From Moniliella sp. 'wahieum' (Eukaryota), in NCBI GenBank assembly GCA_003971905.1, contig RSEE01000093.1, forward strand, positions 124,001-188,000: DNA of 64,000 nt. Reading direction: 5' to 3'. The notes below the pieces were generated by a model. It did not search any database. It was given only the letters and a program-made list of their open reading frames with translations, and had not been told where the DNA came from. This document shows positions 1 through 15,093 of the stretch, one piece after another (within the stretch, counting starts at the first letter, position 1; each line of letters starts with the position of its first letter). Position numbers and translations under genes: made by a program.

Positions 1-326
1 ACTGAGTCTGACCGGGCGAGACCATCTGAAGCTAACAGTATAAGCTTAGCCAGTGCACTTTCGACGCTGAGCCTACACGCTGGTCACAGCTACATTTGTC
101 ACGTCTGAAAGGGCACAACAGTTGGATGGTCATCTGAGCAGGGTTTTTTTTGCCTTTTCCCATCGATACTGTTGCCGCCGTATCTATGCGCAACGTTCGT
201 GCACCAACTACAAGACATGAGCAATAAGTTGATATATTGAGTACGTAGATCAAGAGCATACCTATAGCGGGCGCAGTGTGGGGCCGTGACGACTGCAAGG
301 ACAGAGGGAGGAGGATGGGAACCATC

Positions 327-1991
<1,665 letters not shown>

Positions 1992-3156
1992 GAAGGAGGA
2001 GAGGAGGGGCGGTGATGGTGGGATGGAGGAAAGATAGTTCCCAATTTCGGCTCGAACTCGCCCCAATGAGAGAGAGGGGGAACCATACAGGCAATGCTGG
2101 GGGTGGCAGAGGGGGCAGTTAAACTCATTTTGCACCGCGGACGTCGCGCAGGGGGCATAAGGCCAGTCTCTGCCGGGCTGAGGCGCTGAGGGCTGGCCAG
2201 GCACGCTGTAGCGATTACGCTGGTCCGTGCACAACAAGAGTGCGCGACAGGCGATTAATTCGCTCGCTGCCTGTGGTTTGCCATTTTAATTCGGCCGTTT
2301 TCCCCAGAGTCTCAGGCCCTAAGGCGGCGTGAGCCTGGAGCCTGAGGCGGCCATGGTCGGTCGTCTTGTCCCTCGCCCTCTGCAATGTCAGTGCCAACAG
2401 TGCCTGTGCAATGCAGCTGCATCATGCAAAAAGTGGACTGACTGACCTGTTCAACACTCAGTACTCGGTACTCATCGTTGACACGGGAAAGCGTGCGGGG
2501 CAGGGCGCACTCCTGCGCATGTGCTCCTCTGGCCAGTGGCGCTACCGCAGTTGTTTTGTTGAACGCATGGCTCCATCGATGTGGGCATGGATTGGGCTGC
2601 ATGGGATGGCGGGAGCACTTGGAAGCGCAGTAGGGGAAGTGAATATTGACGGTGGACAGAAAGCAGCGTGAGCAAGCAACCAACGACGTTCCCAGTTCAC
2701 CGGCCGCCCCAGCAGGCGACTCACCACGGGGGAGTGGAAGGCATGCAGCATGGGTAACGGCACGTGATGATCACGTGCGTGCTGGGTGGACCTCCAGCCT
2801 GGCGGGTGTGGCAGGTGGCCGGTGGCAGGTGGCGGGTGGCACGCTGGGGGGCAGCACGCGAAGCAGTGTGGCCTCAGGCGGGACGGGAACCGGCGGAAGC
2901 GAACGCGGGGCTGGCGAGAGCCATGGGGCGGCGGGGGCCGATACTGGCCCACTGGCTCCCCCGGCGCGGGACCGCGCAGTGCAGCGCAGTGCGGCGGCGG
3001 ATGCTTGCCAGTGCGTTGCCACTGTGCGTCGCCAGGCGTCGGCGTCGCCACCCCGCGTCTGCCGGCTCGCGGCGTGTCCCGGCTGATCGCAATCAGCGCG
3101 CAGTGCGTCGCCACGACGCCTGCCTGGCCCTCACTCAACCAGCCCTAGCACACTTC

Positions 3157-3192
3157 GCACTCGCACTCGCACTCGCACTCGCACTCGCACTC
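3157..3192 (+). repeat. (CGCACT)n hexamer microsatellite upstream of the Zn2Cys6 gene
   Basis: About 6 tandem copies of cgcact read directly. Confidence 0.9.
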
Positions 3193-3294
3193 GTATTCGC
3201 ACCCACACCCGCCCAGTCACTCGGCTGGTCACATCTCCATCAGCCTGCCTGCCGCCTCCTCTCCTCCTCCTCCTGCGCGCCTCTCCTCCGGCCC

Positions 3295-6200
3295 ATGCCT
3301 CAGGGCCCGCCACCACCCCCGGCGTCTTCCGCCATCCATGGCCACGGCCATGCTCACCCCCACGCCCACCCCCTTCTCCTCACTGCCCCCCCCACAGCCA
3401 CAGCCCACCACCCTGCCCATCCTCCTGGCCCCCGTCCAAGCGCGTCTCCGGCGGTGACCACCCCCACCTCTCCTGCCACCGCCCCGCGAGCAGCAGCAGC
3501 CCCTCCCAAGAGCAAGAAGCGGCGTGTGTTGATGGCCTGCATCCGCTGCTCCAGCAAGAAGACCAAGTGTGACGGCAACAAGCCCTGCAATGTATGCCAA
3601 GCCCTGGACCTCGCCGACCAGTGCCAGTTCAACCCCAACCCAAGAAGCGCGGCCCCCCCAAGGGCTACTGGGCCGCCCAGCGCAAGCTGCGCGAGGATGC
3701 CGAGGCCTTTGCACGAGCCAGTGCTGTGGCTGCGGACGGTGCCAGGCCAGCTGGCCCTGCGCTGACGAGCAGCTTGCTCAGGCCGAGCAAGCCAAGTGCC
3801 ACTGACGATCTCAATGCCCTTGCCCCCCCGCCAGCGTCCAATCGAGGGGGTGTAGGCTGGGTACGGTTTGATAACCCTCCTGTGTCGGAATTGCCTGGCG
3901 CTTCGCCTCCATATCACCGCGGTCGATCCGCTCTGGACCTCAAGCCGGACATGGCGACCCCCAATGGGTCTCATCAGCCCGGCCTGGTACCCCAACCGCG
4001 TCCCGACTTCCGTCGTTGGCCCAGATTCAAGGCCCTTCTGCCTCGCCTGCTTCTTCCATGGAGGGACCTGGGCCGATGGGCGGGGAGACTCCTAGGAACA
4101 TGTTTGGGCTCAACCCGCCACCATCTGCGGTGACAGGGGGAGCAGGGAAAGAACCCGGCTTGACTCCGCTCGAGGTACGATTGGTGGAGATCTACATTGC
4201 CTTTGTCCATGACCATTGGCCCCTATTGGCCCCCAACACCCTGTTTGCTCCCGGATTGGGGAGACGCCGGCGATCAGGACGCGCCCTCTGGTCTTGCGCC
4301 GGATCCCGCTTCCGCCCCGCCCCCCAATCTGGGGAGAGCGTCACAAGACGCTCTCGGCCTACATTGCCTCCCTGAAAATGAAGGTCCCGCTGCTTTTCCA
4401 GATCATCTGCTGCGTGGCGATGTGCACATTGACAGAAGACGAAACGCGGGGTGGCGGGGGTGTCAACGGACACATTGTCGCGGATGTTCCGCTGCAACCG
4501 GGGGAGGTCGTGACAGGGAGAGATCTCGCGGCGTTGGTGGACAAATGCCGGGTGGCGTTGCTTCCTACGCTCATATCCGGGCTGTGTGGGTGGTCCAGGC
4601 ACTGTTTCTTCTGGCCTGGCCGACTACTCGGCAGGGCGGACGCATGAGGGGTGGCAATCTACCGGCCTGGTGTGCCGTCTGGTGTTTGACATGAACCTGC
4701 ACAGCCGCCAAGGCGAGGCGGCTGTGGAGCGCATGATGCGCTTGGCCACCGCCGGTTCTGACAATGGCACTGCTGCCTCGTTCAAACCGCGCGCGCCCAC
4801 TGCTAGCTCCATCAACCTCACCGCCCAGGCCAACACCCGGCGCAAGGCGCGATTCATGCACACCATGCTGGCTGACATTGCGTTTGAGGAGCAAGTCACG
4901 GCCCAGGATGAGCGAGTGATGTACGCGGTCGCTGGGGCTTTCACCATTGACGACATCATCCAAGTTCGGCGCCGGATCTTTTGGTGCTCCTTTGTCCTGT
5001 AGTAACACAATCCATACCTCCCCCCTCATTGGCTGCTGACATCGTCATGTCACGGCAGTGACAAACTCGTATCGGTCATCACCGAGCGGCCGTGCATGCT
5101 GCGAAGTTCCGAGGTGGATGTGGGGTTCCCTATACCCAATGGGCTGGACGATGCCCAGCCCTGGCTCACCCAGAGCAGCGCCATGTTTGTGCAACCCAGC
5201 GTGATACCTGAGCTCAAGGGCGTGCCTGCGCGCCTTGATTCTTCCTTCTCGGTGGTATCCCAGCTCTGTGTCATCACGGAGCACATTCTCGATGCACTTT
5301 ACTCGCCCGCTCGCCGTGCCTTCGGCAGGCTTCCCGATATGTCCCGGGACGATCGTTCGATGTCGACCAAAACATCCACCGAATGGTGGGAAGACGACTC
5401 GGTGCATCAGCGGGACGAAGGTGCGGCGTTGGCCTCCCGGTGGTTTGCCGATTCGCTGTCTTTGTGGGGTCCGAGTGGGGGGGCCGGCAACGTGCTCTAT
5501 CTTCCAGATCCGCAGAAGGCACTTTCTGAGAACTACCTCCGCATCATGCGCATGCTCACTCTCTGGTCAGAGTATATGCCGGCCCCCATGCGTGCCCGGC
5601 GTATGCCTCTTACATATGCCCAGCCACCTCCGCCGGCCGTGAGCCCATTCGGCCCATCGACCTGCTGGTCATGCCCCCACGACACAAGGGCTCCCCTCCA
5701 AACTATCTAACCATGCGCGCCTTGACTCACCTGAATGTCTTGCTGCTCCATCGCCCCTTTATCGCTCATCCTCATCTACTGCACTTTGACCTTGAGACAC
5801 TGCGCAAGTATGGGTTTGCACCAGCGTTGCCCACCGAACGTGCTGGCCGCCCAGGTGGGCCGGCCACCACCCCTACTCCTTCCCCCCAGCCCGATCTCTC
5901 CACCCCCTCAGATGAGCACAGGCCCCTGTCGGGAGGTGGCGAGAGGCCTAGTGCTCCCTTGAAACATGTGCCAGCCAAGATGAAGGTGAGCATCACAAGT
6001 TTGCTTGTGGAGCAACGGCGGCATCGGACCAAGAAACGCCCCCAGCCTGATGCGCCTCCCGCCCGTCCATCTGGCGCTCTTCCCCATGCCCCAAGCGGCC
6101 CGGCGCCAGCGCCTGGCATCAGCGCTCCCGCTGGGCTGGATGGAAAGGCAGGGGCGGGGACAACGTTTTTACTTTCGCTTTCGCATCCAGCCCAAGTGTG

Positions 6201-8062
6201 CATCCAGGCGGCAGCCGAGATCATTGACATTGCGGATGTGTACAAGGGCATTTACGCGCCGCGCAAGCTGCCCTATGTGTGGGTCTTTATGCTGTTCCAG
6301 GCGGGGATCGTATCTTCCTCCTTCAGCGTCAACATCACTGCCCGCGTCCCGCCTGCACTGGATGGTGCAAAGGAGGAGCCCGTCGGCGCGTACGATCGCC
6401 GTCGGTTGCCACCGCGACCGCCCGTGCTGCGGCTTATGCGGCCGAGCAAGCACGTCTGAAACAAGCGCAGGCTACGTCGGTTCGCTGTAGGCATCTGTTG
6501 GCGCGATGCGTGGCGTCGTTGGAAGAGATTGGTCGGTCTCATGCCTCGGCACGCAAGCTGGTCCACATCCTCCAATCCTTGTCGGATGTTTCTCCACAGT
6601 CGACGCTGCGGCTACGGCCTCTGCTTCTGCCTCTGCCTCTGCTGCCTCCGCCTCGGCGGCTTCTCGATCTACCCCTCGTGCCCCCAACGAGACGAGCGGC
6701 AGCCGATTCCCCCACCTTTCCACGTACAAACGCCCATGCAGCCAGCTTCTCAACCTGCACCGCCAGTGGCCGGTGGATGGAAATCTGGTCCTGGATCTGG
6801 ATCTGGACCTGGTCCACATTTGACGGACAAGCGTCTCAGCAGTCTGGCGGCGACTCCTTACCCCCGATGACCCCCCACGCTTCCTCCCTTGCTCATCCCG
6901 TTCCGTCCCCAAGACCAGTCTGGGGATCCTCAGATCTGGACCAAGCTGGGGCAGGTCGATACAATGGGTTTGGATCGTTCCCCAGTGCCCCGAGGAGCTC
7001 CGCCGTGCCTGCGCAGGCCAGCTGGGCTGCCGGGGGCTCGGGTGCCGGGCCCTCATCTCCTGCGTATCATCCGCCGAATATGGGGGACGACGCTCTTCTT
7101 CTTCTGGCTGGTCAAGCGGAGCACGCGAGGGGGATCCGCTCCACCGCCCCTCCTAGCTTTGCACCAGGACCTGCCTCTGGTCCAGCGACAGAACTGGCGC
7201 ATGCGGCGGCGCCCCAACTGGCGGAACAATTGTCTGCATCCGCCCTGGCTGGAGGTGTGATTGAGCCTCGCATCGAGCTGGATATGATGGCCAAGACGTC
7301 GGAACGATCGATGTGGGAACCGTTTTGGAACCAGATGCCATTTGGGGAAAACTGGGACTCGTGGCGAACCTTCTTTACCCAGGTCACGTTTGACGACCAC
7401 TTGGCTGCCGGTCTGAGTCCGGTGACGGGGCACCTGATGTGGCCCCGAGCCCAGTTGTTGAGCCGGCTCTGAACGCCGCCGCGTCGACACCGGTATCAGG
7501 GCCCAGTGGTTCCTATCCGCCTGACTCCCAGTTTGCTCCCGACCTCTCAGCCTTGGCTACTATCCCATCGTTCCTTCCGAGGTCAAGTATGGTTCCGATC
7601 TGCTCGAGCAGCGATCGTTTGACCCGACCGGCAGCTCCGCCTTGTTCCCGTCCCCAGGACCAGTGGGGGGCACCCCGGGGGGAACGATGTACGGGTTGTC
7701 CTACCCGCCACCTAGTGCCGCGCCTGCGTACGGCTCGTCCCTTTGACTGAACCCTCGGCCACTTCGCCCGACTTTGCCGGGCTGAGCCAGCCTCCTCTTC
7801 CGGGCCCGAGCTTGCGACCTGGCCTCGTGGGCGCCGCTTTGGTTTCGCACCCGGAATCGGTCGCGCTGCCCACGCCCCACGGCTCCCTGCATGCTCCCCA
7901 CCCGTCTCCAGGGTACGCATGAGCGCCGTACTGGAGCGGCTGGTGGTGCGGGGATGGCCGTGTCCTCCCCCGTCCTGGGCACCCTCCTGCTTTTTGCTTA
8001 CGCTTTGGCGCCACCCTTCGAGTCAACATGTCGCTACTGCATGGCCTGTGACTCCGCATTGA
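3295..8062 (+). CDS. Zn(II)2Cys6 fungal transcription factor with Fungal_trans middle-homology region; 3' end uncertain
   Basis: KKRRVLMACIRCSSKKTKCDGNKPCNVCQALDLADQC at ~3515-3625. RRRIFWCSFVL-[intron ~4999-5058, branch gctgac]-DKLVSVITERPCML; LLLHRPFI; CIQAAAEII. Aromatic/acidic tail (WEPFWNQMPFGENWDSW). Multiple frameshifts. Confidence 0.9.
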
Positions 8063-8544
8063 TAATCGATAATTGATACCTACATGGCCTTGGCCGTGGC
8101 AGCGGGGCCAGTGCGCACGGGAGAGGGGAGGGGTAAGAAGGTGGCAAGCGAGGAGCCAGCATTGAAGCAAGCGCGTGGTAGCGAGGACAGGTATACAATA
8201 ACGGGGAGATCTTACAGAGTGTGGCAGTGTGGGATGGGTGCAAATGCACGTTTGAAACGATCGGGTGGTCGGGTGCCACGTGGCGCGTGGCACGGGGCAG
8301 GGCCTGGCAGGGCGACGGCGACGGATGAGCAAGCGGTGATCGCCCCAGCGGCTGGGCCGAGGCGTGGGAGCCACCGCCATCCGCTCGCCACCGCCAGCAG
8401 CCAGCATGCACCGCGGCCAAGCCTCGGGCGTGCGTTCGCACCGCCCGCTCGCCCCGCCTGGCCAGATCCGCCAGCGCACCAGCCCCTCCCCCTCGCCCGC
8501 CCGCCCCGCCGGCGTGCCCGCGAGCCTGGCCGCGTTTGACCCGT

Positions 8545-10465
8545 ATGCCCCTGCCGCCCCCTGCTGCTGCCACCGCGACGGCCACCGCCCCTGCTCCTCC
8601 CTCCGCCGCCGCCTCGCCCAGGAGAGCGCCACGCAACTTTTTCGACGAGGATGCTGATGCGCAAACCGATCCCGGGTGGGGAAGCGACCACACCAGTTCT
8701 TCCGTTGGCAGCGCCAGCAAACGCAGCAAAGCTCGCGCCCGGACCGCCGAGCCGTTGGCCGGCTTGGCGGATGTGCTGGACGATTGGGACCAAGTCGCTC
8801 GCCGCACGCAAGCCAAACTGGAAGACTGGTTTGGCCTGCCTCCTGTTGCTCCCTCTAGGCCCTTCCGTCCCCCGTCTCGACCGGCGGCGACACAGATCCC
8901 AACGAGGCGTCGGACCAGGATCAGGTGCCCGTGCTTGTGCACCACGTCCAATCGGGGGATACGTTGGCCGGGTTGGCGGTGCGGTATGGTGCTCCGCTGG
9001 CCGCGCTACGTAGGGCCAATGGCCTGTGGGATCGTGATGTGACGCTGGCGCGGGCCGTGGTGTACATCCCTTTGGAAGCGTGCAACCGCGCTGCTCCCGC
9101 CGGGTCTACCCAAACCACCCTTCGCACTTCGGGTATGGACACCAGCCCTGCACCCTCTTACCGTCCGATCCGCCTCCGCCATTAGCATCCGGGTCGGGTA
9201 CCGCACCTTCCCCCCGTGGATCGGGATCTCGGCTGGATCGGGCCCGCACCCCGCTGGGCTCGTTCCAAGAACAGCAGGGCCGATCTGCCTTGCCCAGTCC
9301 CCTGTTGGAAGCACGACTGGCACCGGCCCCCCCGCCCGCGTCCCCCGGCGTTTCGCGTGGCTATGCGCCGCGTTCCTCGGATGCGTTCCTCATCGACATC
9401 AGTGAGGGGAAACCTGCTCCTCCGCCCTCGACCTTGGCCTCGACCTCGGCTGGGGACGGCGCCGCGGCTGTGCCGGCACCTGCGGGACTTGACCCCCAGA
9501 ATGGCGATGCTGTCGCTGCCATCCCAGCTCGTGAGCTGGGCTACTTTCCTCCGCCGTTGCACCCTACCCCTTGTACGCTGGCACCAAGTCTCGTGCGTCT
9601 GCCAAAGGGACCGAGCCGGAGCCGAGCCGGGACTCGTTGGACTCGTTGGCTCGCATGTCGGCTGCCCGATCGGCCAGTGTCCTGCATCCTCCTCCTTCTA
9701 ACCTTTCCGCTTCGTCCCCCAAGCCTTCTGGCCCATTATCCTCTGACATGCACCCTCCCCAGCCTGACCTCCGCACCACCCCCCTTGCACCGGGCTTGAA
9801 ACCGTTACGCTTAGCCTCGGCTGCCACCACACCTCGTCCCACCCCGACCCCGACCTGGCTTGCCTCCACCACCGCGCCCAAGCCGGGGGTGAAAGTGAAC
9901 CATGCCTACACTGGTCCTACCTCCGCATCCGACCCCGATAGCTCCACCTGGTCTGCCCTCTTGGCTGGTTTGCCCCCCAATTCGGGGGCGGGCGCCAACT
10001 GGGCGCGTCCGATCGGCTTGCCGAGCGACCGGGCGCGGATGCGAGCACCGCTTCCCCACCGCACCCTTCCCAAGCCCGACGGCGCCCCTTCCTGGTCCGC
10101 CAACGATTGGTCCACCCTGTTGGGCGATACATTCGCGGTCGTCTTCCCCTCGATACGGCGCTTCAGCAGGCGACGGATAAAGTAGGCCAAGAGTTCCGGG
10201 AATGGACGTTGGAGCCAAGTTCCAGTTCGGGGGCGGGAGCGACGACGCATCGGACAGGGCCGGGCTCGGGTGCGCGGCAGCCGCCACCCACCACACGTCC
10301 CCGTCCGCCCTTTCCTTCTTCCTCTGCTTCCCGGCCTGTGCGAACCACGTGATGCCTACCAATCTCGCGGGCACGTCGGCTGGCCTTGGTGACCTTCCTG
10401 CGACGGGACTGACCGCTCGACGCAAGGCCCGCTCGCCGGCCGGCGAGCGAATCGAGCTGCTGTAA
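8545..10465 (+). CDS. Single-LysM-domain protein, Pro/Ser-rich, no evident signal peptide
   Basis: LVHHVQSGDTLAGLAVRYGAPLAALRRANGLWDRD...YIP at ~8935-9075 matches the LysM consensus. Flanking frames are joined across indels; the last frame ends ...ERIELL*. Confidence 0.75.
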
Positions 10466-10515
10466 TGGGTGTGGATCTGGATCGCATTCTATCGACACAG
10501 ACACAAACCATTGGT

Positions 10516-10557
10516 CCCCCCAACCTTCCCCCCAACCTTCCCCCCAACCTTCCCCCC
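10516..10557 (+). repeat. 12-bp tandem repeat (CCCCCCAACCTT) x~3
   Basis: Read directly, in the 3' flank of the LysM gene. Confidence 0.85.
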
Positions 10558-10789
10558 CCATTCCCCTCGCATCTCCACTCGGGGTCCACCATCTTACCCC
10601 CTTTGGTTGTAGGTTGCTCCAATGTGATCGCGCACTGTGCCCCTGCGGCCAATAGAAAGGATTGCGATTGGTCAGAGCCATGTAGTCTTGGCCTGTAGTT
10701 TCTCGTCGCTGGTTCTTTCCTTCTACTGGGGTAAGGCTCGTTTAGCAACAGTATGCCAAAACAGGCAGGCACAATAAGTTGATAACTAA

Positions 10790-10874
10790 GGGCGGATAGC
10801 TCAGTTGGTAGAGCGCACGCTTCGCATCAACTTGCATCTGTGTGAGGTCTGGGGTTCGATTCCCTATTCGTCCA
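10790..10874 (+). tRNA. tRNA-Ala (anticodon CGC) with ~12-nt intron
   Basis: Acceptor stem GGGCGGA/TTCGTCC with the G3:U70 Ala identity pair. D-arm TAGCTCAGTTGGTAGAGC. Anticodon arm CACGC-TT-CGC-A|intron|T-GTGTG. T-loop GTTCGATTC. Discriminator A. Confidence 0.95.
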
Positions 10875-10883
10875 TTTTTTTTT
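10875..10883 (+). terminator. RNA polymerase III oligo-T terminator
   Basis: Run of 9 T immediately after the tRNA. Confidence 0.85.
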
Positions 10884-11066
10884 CTGCGTACCCCTTTGCC
10901 AAATTCCAAAACGCACCTTATCCTCTTCAACCTTGGAACCAGCAAGGTAAACCTACAAGAGCATGACAACAGCGACAAGAGAGCAGAAAGACGGGAGGGG
11001 GGTGCTTTGTTTGGCCATGTCTGCATTAATAAGAGAGCAGTCCGAGGCGAAGCGGCGGGCCATGCC

Positions 11067-11701
11067 TTAACCGCTTCCAAATCCGCCGGCTCGTACTCGT
11101 CGCGACTGGGGGCTCGACAAAATGGCGTGGCCCAGAACAAAAAGCGCCGAGGACCCGACGAACCAAAATACAAGCATAAATGGACTCGACAGCCACAGCA
11201 ACGGATGGCCACGACAAAGAGGACAGTGTAGAGCGAGCGCTGGGTCACCGCCGCGCTGCCCACTTGAAATGGCTCGGGCGCAAATCGGTTGATGGCCCAG
11301 AAGCCACCGACGAGCAGGACTACGGCCGCGACAAAGATGGGACTGGTGATCATGCCGTACAGAGCGACGAGGAGGATGACAGCGAGGTAGTTGCCGGCAA
11401 AGTGGCGCGTATTGTACGTGACCCGCTGCGCCGCCTCGGTCGCGCCCATTGGTCGGCTGAAGCGGGTGGGGTCGAAGAATTCGCGCGGACTGCGGAAGCC
11501 ACTGAGGATGACTTGGCGCGCGCACGATGCCAGTGCCGGTCTCTTCCGGCGGACTCATTGCTGCTGGTGCTGCTGCTGCCGCCAAAGCGGAGCAGGGTGG
11601 GGACTGCGCAAGCGGACGGGGATCATGGATCAGTGGGGGCGGGGGGCGAGGCACGCGAGGCAACACATACGGGTACGCACTGCGTCCAAGAACTGGGCCA
11701 T
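11067..11701 (-). CDS. YIP3: PRA1 family (prenylated Rab acceptor / Yip3-like) membrane protein
   Basis: MAQFLDAVRT, intron ~11670-11604 (GTATGT..CAG), then REFFDPTRFSRP..AAQRVTYNTRHFAGNY followed by hydrophobic hairpins and ..LGHA. Confidence 0.88.
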
Positions 11702-13094
11702 GGTCGCAGACAGCAGGAGGCCCGTGGGTGGGGTGGTGGTGGATGCGACCAGCCGACGCTCCACGCCCCGTCCCGTCGGGCCCCGACCAAGCAAGCGCAG
11801 CGCCCGCAGCGCAGCAGCCACGTTGCCGGCCAGCGGAATCCCACCGCTCCAGCATTGGGCGGCAGGGCGGAATGCGGGTGCCCCACACGCGCTATTCCAA
11901 CCCACGCGCCCTGCGGCTGTCCATATAACTACCGCACTTTGTGCCCCCCGATCGTTACACTCCGACCCGCCTGCCCCTCCTCCATGCACTCCTTCCCACG
12001 TTGACAACCATATACCCTCGTCTTATCCCCTGGGCCTATGTTCTGTCTGCAGCAGCTCCACTGTAGCCACTGCCGCTCGCCCACAGCCCCTCAACTGCAC
12101 CTGTAACGCCGAAGCCCCTCTCCTCTCCTCTGCACCATCCATCTCCTCACGCACTGTCACCTCTCCTTCTGTCTAGCCCCATTGCGAGGGACTTACTGAA
12201 GTACGGGAACAACCTACCTCATCACGCGGCAGGAGTACCCATTTCCCTCCCAACAAAGACAAGAATACACCTTGCTAAATAATCTGATGATGTTTCTTCT
12301 GTCTGTGTTCTGTCCTTCCGGTGAGGGCAGCGCTTTCTACCTCTGCATCGCTCTTGCAATGATCGCCTTACATTGGAATGTCCCGGAACACATGCCCATA
12401 CCCTGATGCTCCTCTGATGGCGTCCATCTTCCCTCGGGCCCTACCACAGTACACGTAGACCATCCCATTTGGGGTGGGTGCGAGTCAATATTCCCCCCTT
12501 AAATCCACACAGTTCGTTCGTATGGCGGCATCCCGTTCGTCTGACGTGGTGGTGTGACTGGGTAGGCAATTCCGTCTCTCTCAAGCTCATCGCTCCCTCT
12601 CTTTCATCAAACCAATCTCCCCTGTCACCTGCTAGAGGTTGCTTCCTTCATCTCGTAGTGGGTACTATTTATATGCATCCCATCCCCCTCGACTGCGTAA
12701 AACTAAGGCGATGCGGACGGCCTGTGGATCTGGTAGGGTGGCGCAGGTGCTCTACTTAGGGATCATATAGTACCTACTACACCCACTTGAGTCCAATACC
12801 AGTAGTCGTCCTAGTAGCTACCTTGCCTAGATGGAGGGATGGGGCATGGTGGAAGTGGGGAGACCACGCTTACTGCGCGTCGATGGTAGTGACGTGTCAC
12901 ATCCGATAAAGCATGTGGGTCGCAGAGGACTGGCCTGTTGATGCAAATGAGTGGGAACGGCAGAGGGTGCAAAGATGACCCCATAATGGTGATACAGCAT
13001 GAAGAAGGGTGAAGGGCATGAAGAGCAAAAGGTTTGCTAGGCAAAAGAAGAGACCGAAAACACTGTACCTCGAGAACGAGGGTTGACTCAATCC

Positions 13095-13955
13095 CTAGAA
13101 AATGCAAGGGAGGACTGGACGTGCAGAGAGAAAATAAGGGTGGGATACTAGGTCCAGCATTGAACTTGTTACAGTACCGGCACTAGGAGCTGGCGCTGGC
13201 GCTGGCACTGCTACCCGCACCATTCTACCGAAACCAAGGGAGTCAAGGTCAGATTGCAGGACCAAGGACGAGACCATGAGAAAAGAAATCGTACGGCAGG
13301 CGATTTGAGCGCTTGGGTGGGAAGCATCTGCGGAGGATTGAAGCGTTGCCATGAGCGGCTTGAGGGATCCGTCCCAATCGTAGAGTTGGAGGTAATAAGC
13401 AGGTTTCGTTGTAGTGGGTGTCGACGCCAATCTGGAACCCCTTGAGGTGTTCAACCTGACCGTACCATTGCACCTGCTCCGAGGTGCTGTGACACCCGCG
13501 ACGCTTGCAGCATTGCGCCATCTGCACGGAAGGGTAGAGGTTGATCCAATTGGTGTCGTTGACGGTGTAAATGCCGTGCTGCCAGATGAGGTGAGCTGAA
13601 ACGCACATCGGATTGCTGCCGTTGACATTGTACTGATACAGGCCTCTTCAAAAAGCCATCGTCCGTGAAGCTGTAGCTAATGCCAGCCGATTGTGGGTAG
13701 TTGAAGGAGCTGTTGGCGGGGTTATAGAAGTTGAGGCCAGTCAACACATGACCGGTACCGCTGCTCCACGTGCCGCTCAAGGAGGTGACGTTGTTGCCTG
13801 TCCAATGCTGGTGCCCGTAGGTGGTGCGGCGATAGTCGGGGTAGGCGTTGTAGCGAGCGCCGCGACCATGATGGCAGCCGTGACGGCGACAGCACAAGGC
13901 ATGCCGGCCACGATCGCGCCCCGCGAGCGGTACGTTTGCGAGGATGGGCGGACAT
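13095..13955 (-). CDS. ROT1: Rot1-family ER chaperone
   Basis: NVTSLSGTWSSGTGHVLTGLNFYNPANSSFNYPQSAGISYSFTDDGF; LIWQHG.Y; YYLQLYDWDGSLKPLM; hydrophobic C-terminus. Start approximate. Confidence 0.85.
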
Positions 13956-15093
13956 GGTGGGTAGACAAGCGGATAGCAAAGGTTGGTGGTGGGTGGAACG
14001 CGGGAGGGGTGGAGCAGAGATCATCCGCCGCAAGTCAGCTAGTCAGCGGTTCGGCCTGGATCATCTGTCGATGGGTGCTGCTAGGGGATCTGTAATGCAT
14101 GTAATTGCTAATTGCCCGAAACACAGCGCACGAATAGGCAGCCCTGCTGGCCAACACGACGGCAGTGGTGGTCGGTTTGGGCGCCACCCTCGGTTTCCTC
14201 ATCAAACTTCCACACAGTCCCTGTGCGGCTGGGTCCAAGCGTTTGCCTCCAATCAAAATAGGGTTGAGAAGCACAGCGCCAGTGTGGGGTCTAGCGGCCA
14301 AGGACTGGTCTGTCTTCGTCTGCTCTGGTGCCAGCAGCCTCATTTGCGCAGTAAGACTCCGCTGCCGCCCTCGGGTTATTTAGATCGTAGATTAGTACGT
14401 GGCGTTTTGGGTTGACGTGTGACGCGTGACGCTTTGCGATCAAGTTGATCGCCGTCCCACTTGGTACTGGCGGGTGTCGGAGCCTGCCGGAGTTGCCAGA
14501 GCTGTCCGACGTGGATGATCGATGATCGATGATCGGCAAGCCGGCGCAACTTGACGCGTGACGCGTGACGGTGACGCTTAACCGGCATTGCAGGGTGCCT
14601 TTGCGTCTGATTGCGTCACACGTTCAATTTTGGACTACCATACCAGTTTGGTCGTCAGGCATCACGTGACGTGACGTGACGTTTCACATCACTAGTCAGG
14701 ACCTTTTTAATTTTGCAACTTTCCCTCGGGGCTAGCGGGGCGTCCCAGCGTCCCCTGGCGTCTCACATGCACAGTACCACGTAACTGGTCACTTGGTCAG
14801 GTGGTCACCGGTCGCTTTGCTGAAGCGCTGAAGGCTGCAGGTGATGGCGTCGCAGTGGCAGGCTGTCCATGTTTGCCCCACATCCCACACATCTGGCACT
14901 GGGGAACTAAGCTCTACGGTGGCCTGTGCCCCTCCAACCCAACGCTGCAGTCGTGTTTTGGCCGGCGAGGGTGGTACAGCGCTCAGCCCAGTTTTCACGC
15001 CCCACTCTTTCATTGCCTCTCCCTTCCCCATCTCGGTGTCTCTTTTCCCCACACCACCACCCACCCGCCTCTCCCTTCCACCTGCAATCCAAC

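Noticed and set aside
2215..3290. Numerous long overlapping ORFs here and antisense to genes throughout the window
   Set aside because: Shadow ORFs produced by high GC content; low-complexity Arg/Ala/Pro/Gly translations with no domain signal.
12280..12420. Possible box C/D snoRNA (TGATGA...CTGA); similar boxes at ~15836 and ~38950
   Set aside because: No terminal stem and no rRNA-complementary guide I could recognise; the boxes alone are too common.
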